Position numbers and translations under genes: made by a program. The notes beneath the pieces were generated by a model, which searched no databases, was not told where the DNA came from, and was given only the letters and a program-made list of their open reading frames with translations. 64,000 nucleotides of DNA. It comes from a virus. Location of the stretch: positions 1 to 64,000 of the IMG/VR virus record IMGVR_UViG_3300048591_000147. One strand, written 5' to 3'. Within the stretch, counting starts at the first letter, position 1; the number at the start of each line of letters is the position of its first letter. Shown in pieces: positions 9,778-19,062 of the stretch.

Positions 9778-10790
9778 GATTTAAATTTTTTGATGGCCGC
9801 ACAGATATAATTAATCTCAAAATCAGTTACATTACAGTGTAATGGAAAATTGATTATTCTGTCATATAAGTATGTGGCGTTATCATGGCCGTCAGCTATA
9901 GGTTTGTAATACTTGTTCGCCTCTATACCTATATCCCTAAATGCGTTTGGTGAGATGGGATTCTCGAATACTACTGGTAGATTACCATAGAAATTTCTGT
10001 CATTGAAATTGAATATTTTGACGTCTTTGTTATCGGTCAAGACCTCACAGTATTTTTTCTGCGCATTAAGATGCTTGTCAATGTCATAATTATCTATATG
10101 TTGTAAGATGAATGCGGCAGATACTTCGGATATCTTGAAGTTTGACGATTTTGGTTTGTGTATTCGGTTATAGTGAAAACCAAATCCACATATAGCCTGT
10201 AGTACTTCATACTCATCGGTGTCAACAACTAAAAATCCACCTTCTCCAAATCCAAATGTTTTAGTGTGATGTAGCGAACCAAATGATGCGTCACCCAATA
10301 AGCAAATGTTGACACCATCTTTATTACATGTTAGAAATGAAGATGCATTGTCATAGATTATGATTTTATCTTTGAATGTATTAATGTCAAAGTCCACTAC
10401 AGTACCAAATAGATTGGTTATTATGATACCATCGGCATCACCAACATCTTCTGGTCTAAGCGTGTATGTATTCAAATCTATATCGACAAGCCTAGTATTA
10501 GTTTCGTTTACTACACAACTTGGAAATGTAAACGATGGACTAACCCATTTCAATTTTCGTTTGTGTTTTGTTTCATAGTGGAATATTAGAGCGTGTAGCG
10601 CAGTGGTCCCATTCGATACGCACAATACCCTCTTGTTAGAAGGGCAATTAATCATTCTTTCTATTTGCTTTTCTAATAGGTCTTTGACTGGACCGTTATT
10701 TGTGAATTGGTTGTGGTCAGTGGATATCTTTAAATATTTCTGTACCAACTCGGAATCGATTGTTTTATGTTGAATATAGCTAATTTTCAT
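9774..10790 (-). CDS. DegT/DnrJ/EryC1/StrS-family PLP-dependent sugar aminotransferase
   Basis: 'GD..SFGSLHHTK...GEGG' (Schiff-base Lys region). 338 aa. Stop/start overlap with the GT gene. Confidence 0.65.
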   Translation of the reverse strand: MKISYIQHKTIDSELVQKYLKISTDHNQFTNNGPVKDLLEKQIERMINCPSNKRVLCVSNGTTALHALIFHYETKHKRKLKWVSPSFTFPSCVVNETNTRLVDIDLNTYTLRPEDVGDADGIIITNLFGTVVDFDINTFKDKIIIYDNASSFLTCNKDGVNICLLGDASFGSLHHTKTFGFGEGGFLVVDTDEYEVLQAICGFGFHYNRIHKPKSSNFKISEVSAAFILQHIDNYDIDKHLNAQKKYCEVLTDNKDVKIFNFNDRNFYGNLPVVFENPISPNAFRDIGIEANKYYKPIADGHDNATYLYDRIINFPLHCNVTDFEINYICAAIKKFKS

Positions 10791-10801
10791 TTACGTTCTC
10801 G

Positions 10802-11587
10802 TCAATTTGGTGGAATATCCATTGTGTCTGCGTCAAACAATGTTTTATATGGTGGATCTTCTCTTGTAACGTCAGTCACTTTTTCCCAAATATCGTCTTG
10901 AGTTCGTATAGTATCCAATCGCAGTTTGATGGATTTTATGAAATTCTGTTTGATGTTGACTGGTGGGCTTAAATAAAACTGCACTCTGAAATTTAATGAT
11001 GTAACTATGACCCGCTTATCAGCGAGTTTTGGGTAATTTTTGTTAAAATCTACATTAACTAGCTCTACGCTAGTGATTTTCGTCAAGTCGTGAAAGTCGT
11101 CAGAAGTTTGAATTTGTAATACAGGATCAAAGATCATTAATATCTGTTCTAATATCTGTAAATGTTGGTCTTCATTACTACAATACATTGAAAGCTCAAA
11201 TAATCCGTCATATGGTATTGGTTGAGCTTGATAGACTACTTTTATGTCATCTGGTAACGATCCGCCCGCTGGTAGCACGCTATGGCGCATGAAAGTTCCG
11301 ACACCTTTTCTTCTAGATGGTACTTGTTCCATTCCGGCAAAATCAGCCGCGAACATGGGCAATCGTATAGGTTTATTTTGTGTATTCTCAGAAAGAATTG
11401 CATCCACTATTCGACTAGAATTACCATACCGGATAGGCACATACATTAGATTCTTAGTAGAATTGAAATTGTTTTTTCCAACAGATACTTGCAGCCCGGA
11501 AAATATGGCCATGAATTGTATTATATAGCTTCTGATTTGTTCGTCATAGAAATAGGTATCTAAGTCTTTCTTGAAATCATTATCCAT
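10802..11587 (-). CDS. Hypothetical protein (261 aa), minus-strand fibre operon
   Basis: ORF with start/stop abutting neighbours. No counterpart in the plus-strand module. Confidence 0.45.
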   Translation of the reverse strand: MDNDFKKDLDTYFYDEQIRSYIIQFMAIFSGLQVSVGKNNFNSTKNLMYVPIRYGNSSRIVDAILSENTQNKPIRLPMFAADFAGMEQVPSRRKGVGTFMRHSVLPAGGSLPDDIKVVYQAQPIPYDGLFELSMYCSNEDQHLQILEQILMIFDPVLQIQTSDDFHDLTKITSVELVNVDFNKNYPKLADKRVIVTSLNFRVQFYLSPPVNIKQNFIKSIKLRLDTIRTQDDIWEKVTDVTREDPPYKTLFDADTMDIPPN

Positions 11588-11946
11588 TAGACTGGGTGAA
11601 CTCCGGGTATAATAACATCCCTTTCATTACTAGCAATAACGCCTCTAATAATTACATCATATCCTTGTGTACGGGCAGACAAATTGGTAAATTCATATGT
11701 ACCATCACCCGCTGATGTAGTTGAAGCGACTAGAACCTTAAACTCTCTGTCAAAGACATCCACAACCCGAGATGCTGGCGCCATTCCAACTAGTACTAAA
11801 CCAGTGGGAGAGTCGCCAGCAACTCTTAACTCGCCGGGAGGTACATATTCATTCACAATAAATGAGGGTGTGAATGTTAATATATTAGATAGCGGGGCTA
11901 CAGGAAATAATACAGTATCTAAATACGCATCAATAATAAGAGCCAT
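11587..11946 (-). CDS. Fibre-module protein, paralog of 2301..2648
   Basis: See 2301..2648. Confidence 0.6.
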   Translation of the reverse strand: MALIIDAYLDTVLFPVAPLSNILTFTPSFIVNEYVPPGELRVAGDSPTGLVLVGMAPASRVVDVFDREFKVLVASTTSAGDGTYEFTNLSARTQGYDVIIRGVIASNERDVIIPGVHPV

Positions 11947-11949
11947 AGG

Positions 11950-12843
11950 TTACTCCCAGATTAACCCGAAATAATCGCGCCATGACATATTATTTTCAAG
12001 CACAATAAATGTTTTTGGTGTAACACCAAGAGTAGTGCAGGTAAATGTTGTTCCTAGTGTTAAACCATCAGTTGATGACAATGATACTACGTTAGATAAC
12101 GGCTGTATTAGTGGCATTGCACAATAATGTCGTGCCACCTGATAATCACCCGGAACACCAGCATGAATAGTCCCTGACGTACCGAGAAGACCGGGCATGA
12201 ATGCATATGCGTTACATCCAAAAATCCCAACATCAGTAGATGACCAAGTGTATCCAGTGGTAAATTCATATGTTGTGACTGAGGGACACACAGTGACAGT
12301 AGCTACATAAACGACAACGCCCTGTGCGGTAGGTGTTCCAGAACTGTCTACTGTACGATGTATTACAAGCCCAGAAACAGCTCCAGATGTAAAAACTACA
12401 TTACACTTTAATGCAAACCATACACACCCTTCTACCATACACGCATAAGTTTGTTTGGCCAGAACTGTAGAATCAAGAACGAATTGAGAAGAATAACATT
12501 GAACACGCGCCACGAATATACCTGTGATGGTGCCGCTTCCATTAGAACCAGTACCCACAGTTATCCATATTGATGGATATGTATGAACAACACCATTACC
12601 ATATTCTATTTTAACATAAATTGGTGCAGTGCCGTGTAATGAATCATTTAAATATCTTATTTCATATCCAGCAGCGGTATCAGTCGATCCTGATTTGTTT
12701 ACAGACGCCCAGTTTATTTGACCAGTGTCTGCGGATTTAATGAATCCTACCGCTGTTAAAGCATTTGAAAACGCCAACCCCCATGCTCTGAAGTTAGCAG
12801 TTGCTGCATGTGAAATTAATGTTGTATAATTATTTGTTGCCAT
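11950..12843 (-). CDS. Fibre-module protein, paralog of 1388..2299
   Basis: See 1388..2299. Confidence 0.6.
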   Translation of the reverse strand: MATNNYTTLISHAATANFRAWGLAFSNALTAVGFIKSADTGQINWASVNKSGSTDTAAGYEIRYLNDSLHGTAPIYVKIEYGNGVVHTYPSIWITVGTGSNGSGTITGIFVARVQCYSSQFVLDSTVLAKQTYACMVEGCVWFALKCNVVFTSGAVSGLVIHRTVDSSGTPTAQGVVVYVATVTVCPSVTTYEFTTGYTWSSTDVGIFGCNAYAFMPGLLGTSGTIHAGVPGDYQVARHYCAMPLIQPLSNVVSLSSTDGLTLGTTFTCTTLGVTPKTFIVLENNMSWRDYFGLIWE

Positions 12844-12873
12844 TTTTATAATACCTTTAGTAGTTCGTTACAT

Positions 12874-12881
12874 TATTTATA
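12874..12881 (-). promoter_or_regulatory. T4-type late promoter motif TATAAATA (reverse strand) upstream of 11950..12843
   Basis: The plus strand reads 'tatttata', ~30 nt upstream of the gene's start codon. Confidence 0.4.
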
Positions 12882-12883
12882 CG

Positions 12884-13894
12884 TTAGGCGCACAAATTAC
12901 CGCCTACGTCATCGCCGCTTGGTGGTGTATATCCAGTGACTATATTTCCACCCACATCATCACCATTCGGTGGCGTGTAAGTGCAACCTACTACATATGA
13001 CGGGCTAGGAGTCACGGTTGGCGTAACTGTTGGTGTTACCGACTCTGTAGGAGTAATAGTTGGAGTGATTGAAGGCGTCACCGTTGGCGTCACGGTTGGT
13101 GTAACAGTCGGCATTACTGACTCTGTAGGAGTAATAGTTGGTGTTACAGTCGGTGTAATTGTAGGCGTCACAGTCGGTGTTACAGACTCTGTCGGTGTAA
13201 TGGTTGGTGTAACAGTCGGTGTTACAGTTGGTGTAATCGTAGGCGTAATTGTAGGCGTTACCGTAGGCGTCACAGTTGGTGTAATTGTAGGCGTCACAGT
13301 TGGTGTAATTGTAGGCGTCACAGTTGGTGTTACCGTTGGAGTGACCGAAGCGGTTGGTGTAACAGTCGGTGTAACACTAATCGTTGGTGTAACAGTCGGT
13401 GTAACTGACATCGTTGGTGTCACTGTTGGTGTTGGTGTTGGAGTTCTAGTTGTTGTAGGTGTAATGGTCACCGTGGGTGTTATTGTAGGTGTTACTGTAG
13501 GCGTCACAGTCGGTGTAATGGTTGGAGTAATAGTAGGTGTGACTGTTGTTGTAGGCGTCACAGTCGGTGTTGGAGTTGGAGTTGGCGTGACGTTTATTAC
13601 ACCATCGTTTAACGGTTTTATGAACAATACATTACAAAAGCCAGAAACGCTTTCTGAAAAATATATGTTAATCGACGAATCAGTTGCTTCGACATAATCT
13701 GGATATATTAATTTGTTATCAGTGTCAAAAACTTGAATTAATAGATTATCGGTATTGAATGTGTGTGAAATGTTCCAAACGCTAGTAGCTACAACTTGTG
13801 TGTTGGTCGCAACAGCAGGATTACTAGAAACGTCGACTGTTTCTAGTTCATTTGTCTTTGTGTTTATATAAATTTTCTTAAAACTAGAATTCAT
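12884..13894 (-). CDS. Tail fibre protein with ~200-aa (TPTV/TPTI)n linker and C-terminal 'YTPP(N/S)GDDVGGN' x2
   Basis: Unique N-terminal ~100 aa, then PT repeats, then a C-terminal motif shared with 2645..2884. Confidence 0.65.
   Translation of the reverse strand: MNSSFKKIYINTKTNELETVDVSSNPAVATNTQVVATSVWNISHTFNTDNLLIQVFDTDNKLIYPDYVEATDSSINIYFSESVSGFCNVLFIKPLNDGVINVTPTPTPTPTVTPTTTVTPTITPTITPTVTPTVTPTITPTVTITPTTTRTPTPTPTVTPTMSVTPTVTPTISVTPTVTPTASVTPTVTPTVTPTITPTVTPTITPTVTPTVTPTITPTITPTVTPTVTPTITPTESVTPTVTPTITPTVTPTITPTESVMPTVTPTVTPTVTPSITPTITPTESVTPTVTPTVTPSPSYVVGCTYTPPNGDDVGGNIVTGYTPPSGDDVGGNLCA
12990..13590 (-). repeat. Imperfect PT-linker coding repeat (codon-diversified)
   Basis: Translates to [11 protein letters not shown]... 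This produces the spurious antisense ORF 12981..13697. Confidence 0.8.
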
Positions 13895-13972
13895 GGGTCA
13901 TTCACCACTCACTAGTTCTAGTCCACAATATGATTTCATTTTATCACTCTTTAAGATATTTATTAATACCAA

Positions 13973-14908
13973 TTAAATTGGCGTTACAGATGGGGTAACT
14001 GTTGGAGTCACAGATAACGTAGGAGTAACTGTTTCCGTAGGTGTAATCGTTGGGGTCACAGATATTGTAGGGGTTATCGTAGGCGTCACAGATATTGTTG
14101 GTGTGACTGTTGGAGTGATAGTTGGAGTAGGGGTTATCGTCACTGGTACACAAGTAATTAATGGAGATCCAGCCTCCATTTCTATATCTGAATCATCTTC
14201 CATTGTTATCGGGCTGCAATTCTCCATCAACATCGCCTTAATCACATCTGTCGTAGTTGGTGTAATTGTAGGTGTAATAGTTGGCGTAACGGTGACAGTT
14301 GGGGTCACAGTTTCTGTAGGAGTAATGGTTGGTGTTAAACTAATAGTTGGTGTAATAGTTGGCGTGACGGTGACAGTTGGAGTAATAGTCGGAGTAACCG
14401 TAGGTGTCGGTGTAGGTGTTCTAGTTGTCGTAGGTGTCGGTGTAGGTGTTCTAGTTGTCGTTACAGTTGGTGTGACAGTCGCAGTTGTAGTTATTGTAGG
14501 AGTAATAGTCACAGTCGGCGTAATAGTTGGTGTTACGGTCGGCGTAATTGTAGGTGTAATGGTTGGAGTTATTGTAGGTGTAATGGTTGGTGTCACCGTT
14601 GGAGTAGGCGAATTTGTCACCTGTACCAAGGTTACATTAGGAATTGAAAAATGTATTGCTACCGTCCCAGTAACTATATCAGAAAAGTTGAATACTAAGT
14701 GGCTACCAGTGTCTATTACACTATTGGGTATGATGATTTCATTATTAGCGATAACTACGAATGAATAATCAGAAGAGTGTTTCTTGATGGTAACTTGGGC
14801 GGCATTGAATTCATAGATTACATCATTTATGTCGTCTGGTAGCGGACCGTTGAATAAAACGGTATTCCCTGTTTCTATGTCTAATGTGTATCGATACAAG
14901 ATATTCAT
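13973..14908 (-). CDS. Tail fibre protein with two PT-repeat linkers separated by an acidic Cys-containing insert
   Basis: Unique N-terminal domain, then PT repeats ~14263..14596 and 13976..14158. Confidence 0.65.
   Translation of the reverse strand: MNILYRYTLDIETGNTVLFNGPLPDDINDVIYEFNAAQVTIKKHSSDYSFVVIANNEIIIPNSVIDTGSHLVFNFSDIVTGTVAIHFSIPNVTLVQVTNSPTPTVTPTITPTITPTITPTITPTVTPTITPTVTITPTITTTATVTPTVTTTRTPTPTPTTTRTPTPTPTVTPTITPTVTVTPTITPTISLTPTITPTETVTPTVTVTPTITPTITPTTTDVIKAMLMENCSPITMEDDSDIEMEAGSPLITCVPVTITPTPTITPTVTPTISVTPTITPTISVTPTITPTETVTPTLSVTPTVTPSVTPI
14263..14596 (-). repeat. PT-linker coding repeat
   Basis: TPTxTPT periodicity. Produces antisense ORF 14103..14768. Confidence 0.8.
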
Positions 14909-15858
14909 CTGTTTATCAATACTTGGTCAGTGATGTCAACGAATATGCTATTACTGTCTACTATAAAACCTATTCTCTGCATCGAGTACTCATTTGGTAC
15001 GGTAGTGGTTATTTCACCATTTTTCCCAACGAAAACTGTGGTCATTGGCGGTTCACTCCAATTCCAAGAGTTCGGATTTGATATCTTACCAAATTTTATA
15101 AATCTTACTACTTCACCGTTTGAATATGGTGCCAGTGAAACGCCTACACATTGTCGTGTGATATCCGTGCTGGATGCTACACCTAATTTGTTATAGTCCT
15201 TATAACATACACAATAATTTGCTGGGATCGTTTCTATAGCCTTAGCAGTGATTGCATGGCCCTCGGCTTTAGTGGATTGATCTAAAGCGTTCTGGTAGCT
15301 AATAAATGATTCAGTAGTTAAGAACGCACCACTACCAAATTTGTCTAATCTTTTAACAGGTTTTCCAGCATCATCAAATAAGATCTGGCCAGAGTAATTA
15401 CTTTGATTCAGTCCAACTGTAGAGCCGACAGAATATGCATTAACAATCGAACCGCTTTGTAAGTATCCTACAAATAAACGAACCTTATCTACCCAGCGAT
15501 TTCCAACCCTAACCTGCATGACTTTAGTCTTTAAATTAAAGAAGTGCTGGTCAGCGACTGGCGAAGCTGGTATTGTTGACCCGTATGTTGGTGCTACTGT
15601 CGTGTAACCAAAAGTTCTAACTCCAGTAGGAATGTCAATATCTATATAAAGATAATAGTTGTTGCTGCTTGGGAATGACCCAGTCCATGCGGTTAGGTTG
15701 GTTTCTGATTCTACTAATAGGTAATTATGGTTACCGTGGGCAAAAGTTCCGATGAATGGGGTAGAATCACAAATCAAACGAACATTATTACCAACTTTTG
15801 ATAAAAAAGATGGACTTGTTTGGACTTGAACTAGACCTTGGCGAAAAGATAATAACAT
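14905..15858 (-). CDS. Tail fibre / receptor-binding protein (317 aa)
   Basis: First gene of the minus-strand fibre operon. Ser/Thr/Asn/Gly/Tyr-rich, fibre-like composition. Confidence 0.5.
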   Translation of the reverse strand: MLLSFRQGLVQVQTSPSFLSKVGNNVRLICDSTPFIGTFAHGNHNYLLVESETNLTAWTGSFPSSNNYYLYIDIDIPTGVRTFGYTTVAPTYGSTIPASPVADQHFFNLKTKVMQVRVGNRWVDKVRLFVGYLQSGSIVNAYSVGSTVGLNQSNYSGQILFDDAGKPVKRLDKFGSGAFLTTESFISYQNALDQSTKAEGHAITAKAIETIPANYCVCYKDYNKLGVASSTDITRQCVGVSLAPYSNGEVVRFIKFGKISNPNSWNWSEPPMTTVFVGKNGEITTTVPNEYSMQRIGFIVDSNSIFVDITDQVLINR

Positions 15859-15887
15859 TAAGATTCCCTGTTTTGTATATTTATTTT

Positions 15888-16187
15888 TTAATCATTTAAA
15901 ACCGAATTAACCTGTTCATTTGATGTAACTGGTACACAGATATAATTATCTAACTCAAATTCGTTAAGCATTCTCTTATGATTGAAAATGTCAACGAAGG
16001 TTATCTGCATCACTCCAGTGGATTGTGAAAGATATTCTGATTTTTTAGAGTCGTAAAAGACTATGTCATCTTTTACATCATACTTATTAGTGCATGCGGT
16101 AACTGTACCAATAGTGAAGTCTACGGATGGTGAGTCTTTACAACCATATAAGCTAATTGCTAGAATTAATAAAACTATAAACCTCAT
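15888..16187 (-). CDS. Small lipoprotein (lipobox 'LAISLYGC')
   Basis: Signal peptide plus Cys at +16. 99 aa. Confidence 0.55.
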   Translation of the reverse strand: MRFIVLLILAISLYGCKDSPSVDFTIGTVTACTNKYDVKDDIVFYDSKKSEYLSQSTGVMQITFVDIFNHKRMLNEFELDNYICVPVTSNEQVNSVLND

Positions 16188-16226
16188 GATTGCACCAACC
16201 TTTCAAATAATATGTCTATTTATCGT

Positions 16227-16234
16227 TATAAATA
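16227..16234 (+). promoter_or_regulatory. Late promoter motif TATAAATA
   Basis: Exact octamer ~25 nt upstream of the 16259 ATG. Confidence 0.4.
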
Positions 16235-16258
16235 GTTGAAAATAGATAGGTAAAATAC

Positions 16259-16753
16259 ATGATGACACAAGCCAAAAGAAATAATGCTATATTAGGGGCT
16301 TCATGGTTAGCTTTGGGAGTGTTATTGATATTGTATGTGGCTGCGATAACGCTTTCTGGTTTGGGACAATCAGATGAATCTGCCCCAATGGCATCATCTC
16401 CAGCGCCCATGGAGTACACCGAAAGTATTTCTAATGTGTTAGTGAGTAGAGAATCATCACCTAGAGTTATATTAGAACCCCAGTTGATGATAAGTCAATC
16501 CAATTTGGCTTTTAAACTGGATGAGAGTTACATGGTCGCTTATGAAATGTTTAAATCAAAGACCATCGTGAGTGAAAATTCCACCAACACGAAAAAACAG
16601 TTTGAAAATTTTCTAGAACTGTATGGTATAAAATTGGATGACAATGGAATGTTGGTGGATGTTAGGGGGAGTATCGTACCCAGCAAATTAATCGAATGTC
16701 ATATAATGGGCTATTTTCCAGACAAGCCTTATATAAAATCTAATTGCGTATGA
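16259..16753 (+). CDS. Membrane-anchored periplasmic protein (N-terminal TM), 164 aa
   Basis: 'ILGASWLALGVLLILYVAAITL' TM followed by a soluble domain. An i-spanin-like topology is possible. Confidence 0.5.
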   Translation: MMTQAKRNNAILGASWLALGVLLILYVAAITLSGLGQSDESAPMASSPAPMEYTESISNVLVSRESSPRVILEPQLMISQSNLAFKLDESYMVAYEMFKSKTIVSENSTNTKKQFENFLELYGIKLDDNGMLVDVRGSIVPSKLIECHIMGYFPDKPYIKSNCV

Positions 16754-16940
16754 GCTTGTATATTTCTCTTAATTGAGCCGCCATAATCCCTGCTAGCAAT
16801 AAACAAAACACGATAAAAACGCTGTCCACCAAAAAATTGGTGGCAACAAATCCCATTATGGAATAAATCAAAATATAACCAGTTCCGCAAAAAAATAGGG
16901 ATAGTACAAAAACTAGTAACACTTTCATATTATTCTGCAT
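16740..16940 (-). CDS. Small 2-TM membrane protein (~66 aa)
   Basis: Internal start 'MQNNMKVLLVF...'. The longer ORF 16740..17060 overlaps 16930..17181. Confidence 0.35.
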   Translation of the reverse strand: MQNNMKVLLVFVLSLFFCGTGYILIYSIMGFVATNFLVDSVFIVFCLLLAGIMAAQLREIYKLIRN

Positions 16941-17181
16941 CACATTGCCTTTCTCTATAAGCCAACAATTCTGCATCATCCATATATGTGTATGTATATG
17001 CGATATTGTTACTATCCAAATGGCCAAAACACTCATCAAGGAAACCATTGAAGTCTGCATATGCAGAACTGTCGATGACTATAGCACCCTCATGCTCAAC
17101 ATTAATTAATATATATTTTTTAATCATACCGCCTCCGGGATTATGGTATTTATTGACCATATTGTGCGGTGATGATATCAT
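16930..17181 (-). CDS. Hypothetical protein (83 aa)
   Basis: ORF. Acidic C-terminus. Confidence 0.35.
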   Translation of the reverse strand: MISSPHNMVNKYHNPGGGMIKKYILINVEHEGAIVIDSSAYADFNGFLDECFGHLDSNNIAYTYTYMDDAELLAYRERQCDAE

Positions 17182-17216
17182 AAGCCGGATAGTAAAAGAA
17201 TATAGGGTGTTACTTT

Positions 17217-17741
17217 ATGAAATTTAAATTATATGGTGGACAATCTGAAGATGGTAGAGGCGCAGCCAGATACCTAAGAACTACGACCGATGTCAATGTA
17301 GCTAAAAAGCATTATGACAAAGTTTATAACGACCCATATTCTACGGGTAAAGTAGTTGTGCAGTATGATGACAAAGAAGATGATGAAATTGGCCAGTGGA
17401 CTGATTGGGAATCTCTGGGTTTAGTTATCGAAAAGGAAAAGGAAATGCGATATTGGCTTTATAAGGAAGGTACTGATAGATTAGTTCGTGGAAGTCACGG
17501 GGATTCTGGTGGGATGTCGCGTTTCGTGTATTTTGATGCTCTTACAAAAACTTATAAAGTAGAAGAAAACGCTAAGCCGAGAGTCGGTGGTGCCATTCAA
17601 GTAGGTTCGCCATATCCTAGACAATTTTGTGAGCAAGATTTTTGGCAAACTACTTTGATTGTAGAAATTTTGGAAGATTCCGAAAATTATGTTAAATTCT
17701 TAACTGAAAATGGTTCGATCTATGAATGGAAAATTTTATGA
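17217..17741 (+). CDS. Hypothetical protein (174 aa)
   Basis: ORF with SD. No recognised motif. Confidence 0.5.
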   Translation: MKFKLYGGQSEDGRGAARYLRTTTDVNVAKKHYDKVYNDPYSTGKVVVQYDDKEDDEIGQWTDWESLGLVIEKEKEMRYWLYKEGTDRLVRGSHGDSGGMSRFVYFDALTKTYKVEENAKPRVGGAIQVGSPYPRQFCEQDFWQTTLIVEILEDSENYVKFLTENGSIYEWKIL

Positions 17742-17917
17742 AATTTGAAATGCACCAAGGTTTGGTTATATTCTCAGCAGTTATGTTGGTGTTATCAACG
17801 ATAATGTCAGCTTATTTTGTTTATAATCATGGATTTATTGCACCATACTCAACTTTAGCGGGTATGACGGTGTTAGGCCATGTATTCATGGCATATATAC
17901 TCTTAACCGAGAGTTGA
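17726..17917 (+). CDS. Small 2-TM membrane protein (63 aa)
   Basis: Two hydrophobic segments. Confidence 0.4.
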   Translation: MENFMKFEMHQGLVIFSAVMLVLSTIMSAYFVYNHGFIAPYSTLAGMTVLGHVFMAYILLTES

Positions 17918-17967
17918 CGCTCGGGATAAAAGCTGTATAGTAGATGACACAACCAGAAGGAAACAAA

Positions 17968-18069
17968 ATGCCACACGAAAAAATCGAAATGAATAAATCC
18001 AACGATCTGACCGAAATGGCTAAATTGTATACTCAATTGTCATCGGCATTGTCCTCCGCAACGGAGTGA
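17968..18069 (+). CDS. Small ORF (33 aa) preceding the terminator
   Basis: SD 'ggaaacaaaatg'. Ends 10 nt before the hairpin. Confidence 0.25.
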   Translation: MPHEKIEMNKSNDLTEMAKLYTQLSSALSSATE

Positions 18070-18076
18070 ACAAAGA

Positions 18077-18100
18077 GGGGGGGCGCAAGGCCCCCTTTTT
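18077..18100 (+). terminator. Rho-independent terminator (GC-rich hairpin plus T5)
   Basis: 'gggggc gcaag gccccc ttttt'. Confidence 0.8.
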
Positions 18101-18151
18101 CATTGGTAAAATAAAACTCTCCAACATTTATTGTAATTAAAATTACAAGCG

Positions 18152-18159
18152 TATAAATA
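18152..18159 (+). promoter_or_regulatory. Late promoter motif TATAAATA
   Basis: Exact octamer ~24 nt upstream of the 18183 start. Confidence 0.4.
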
Positions 18160-18182
18160 CTCTTAATACTGGAGAGTTTTAT

Positions 18183-19016
18183 ATGAACATATATTACACA
18201 TACATTTACTTAGATCCAAGAATAACTGGCATATGGGAAACAACGTTTGGAGTATTTAACTATGAACCATTCTACGTTGGTAAAGGAAAAGGGCAGCGAT
18301 ATTTAGTCCACCTTAAAGGTTGGGCATATAAGTATAAAAACCCACATTTATATAATAGAATAAGTAATATCAAGTCTGATGGGTTTGAGCCAATTGTAAT
18401 GATATTAAAAAACAACATATTACAAGAGGACGCATTAGCTATTGAGGCTAAATTAATAAATGAATTGGGCACTAGAAAGAATATATCACAAATAAAACTA
18501 GGACCGTTAGTAAATCTAAAATTGGACGGGAAGGTTCAGCGATTTTCAGATGAAACCAAACAAAAAATTAGTGAATCCGCACGAACAAGAAAGAGGAAAT
18601 CACATTCAGATGAAACCAAACAAAAAATGAGACTCGCGTCTGCGAATTTCACCGAAGAACAAAGAAAACAAAAATCAGAAAGAATAAGTAAGAAAATAAA
18701 AGGTAAAAAATTGTCAGAACAGCAATGTGAGCGCTTATCCCTATTACATAAAGGTAAAAAATTATCTGATGAACAAAAAGAGAAATTACGGATAACGTCT
18801 ACTGGCCGAAAACATTCTCCCGAATCGTTATTAAAGATGTCATTATGGCAAATTAAAAAATGGAAAATAGAAAATATAAATACTGGGATTTTTATAACGG
18901 ATAATCTAGCAGATTGGTGTAAATCTAACAATATAAATTATCATACACTCTATAATACATTAAAATCTCAAAAGTTTCACAAATTACATCGGTTGGTAGA
19001 AAAAGTGGCTGATTAG
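18183..19016 (+). CDS. GIY-YIG homing endonuclease with NUMOD3 repeats (I-TevI/SegA-like)
   Basis: 'IYYTYIYLDP...FYVGKGKGQRY' (GIY-YIG motif). Repeated 'SDETKQK(I/M)' and 'LHKGKKLSDEQKEKL' (NUMOD3). Basic C-terminal DNA-binding region. Confidence 0.7.
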   Translation: MNIYYTYIYLDPRITGIWETTFGVFNYEPFYVGKGKGQRYLVHLKGWAYKYKNPHLYNRISNIKSDGFEPIVMILKNNILQEDALAIEAKLINELGTRKNISQIKLGPLVNLKLDGKVQRFSDETKQKISESARTRKRKSHSDETKQKMRLASANFTEEQRKQKSERISKKIKGKKLSEQQCERLSLLHKGKKLSDEQKEKLRITSTGRKHSPESLLKMSLWQIKKWKIENINTGIFITDNLADWCKSNNINYHTLYNTLKSQKFHKLHRLVEKVAD

Positions 19017-19030
19017 GGTATACGAATTTA

Positions 19031-19062
19031 ACCACCCTTCAATCAGAAGGGTGGTAGTTTTT
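19031..19062. terminator. Rho-independent terminator, overlapping the 3' end of the convergent ATP-grasp gene
   Basis: 'accaccctt caatcag aagggtggt agtttttt'. Confidence 0.7.

Noticed and set aside
12981-13697. 238-aa plus-strand ORF made of (GVTVGV)n
   Set aside because: It is the antisense reading of the (TPTV)n coding repeat of fibre gene 12884..13894. The low-complexity frame stays open by chance.
14103-14768. 221-aa plus-strand ORF of G/V repeats
   Set aside because: Antisense of the PT repeats in 13973..14908.
16216-16419. 67-aa minus-strand ORF
   Set aside because: It overlaps the 5' end of 16259..16753(+), which has a TATAAATA motif and an N-terminal TM. The plus-strand gene is preferred.
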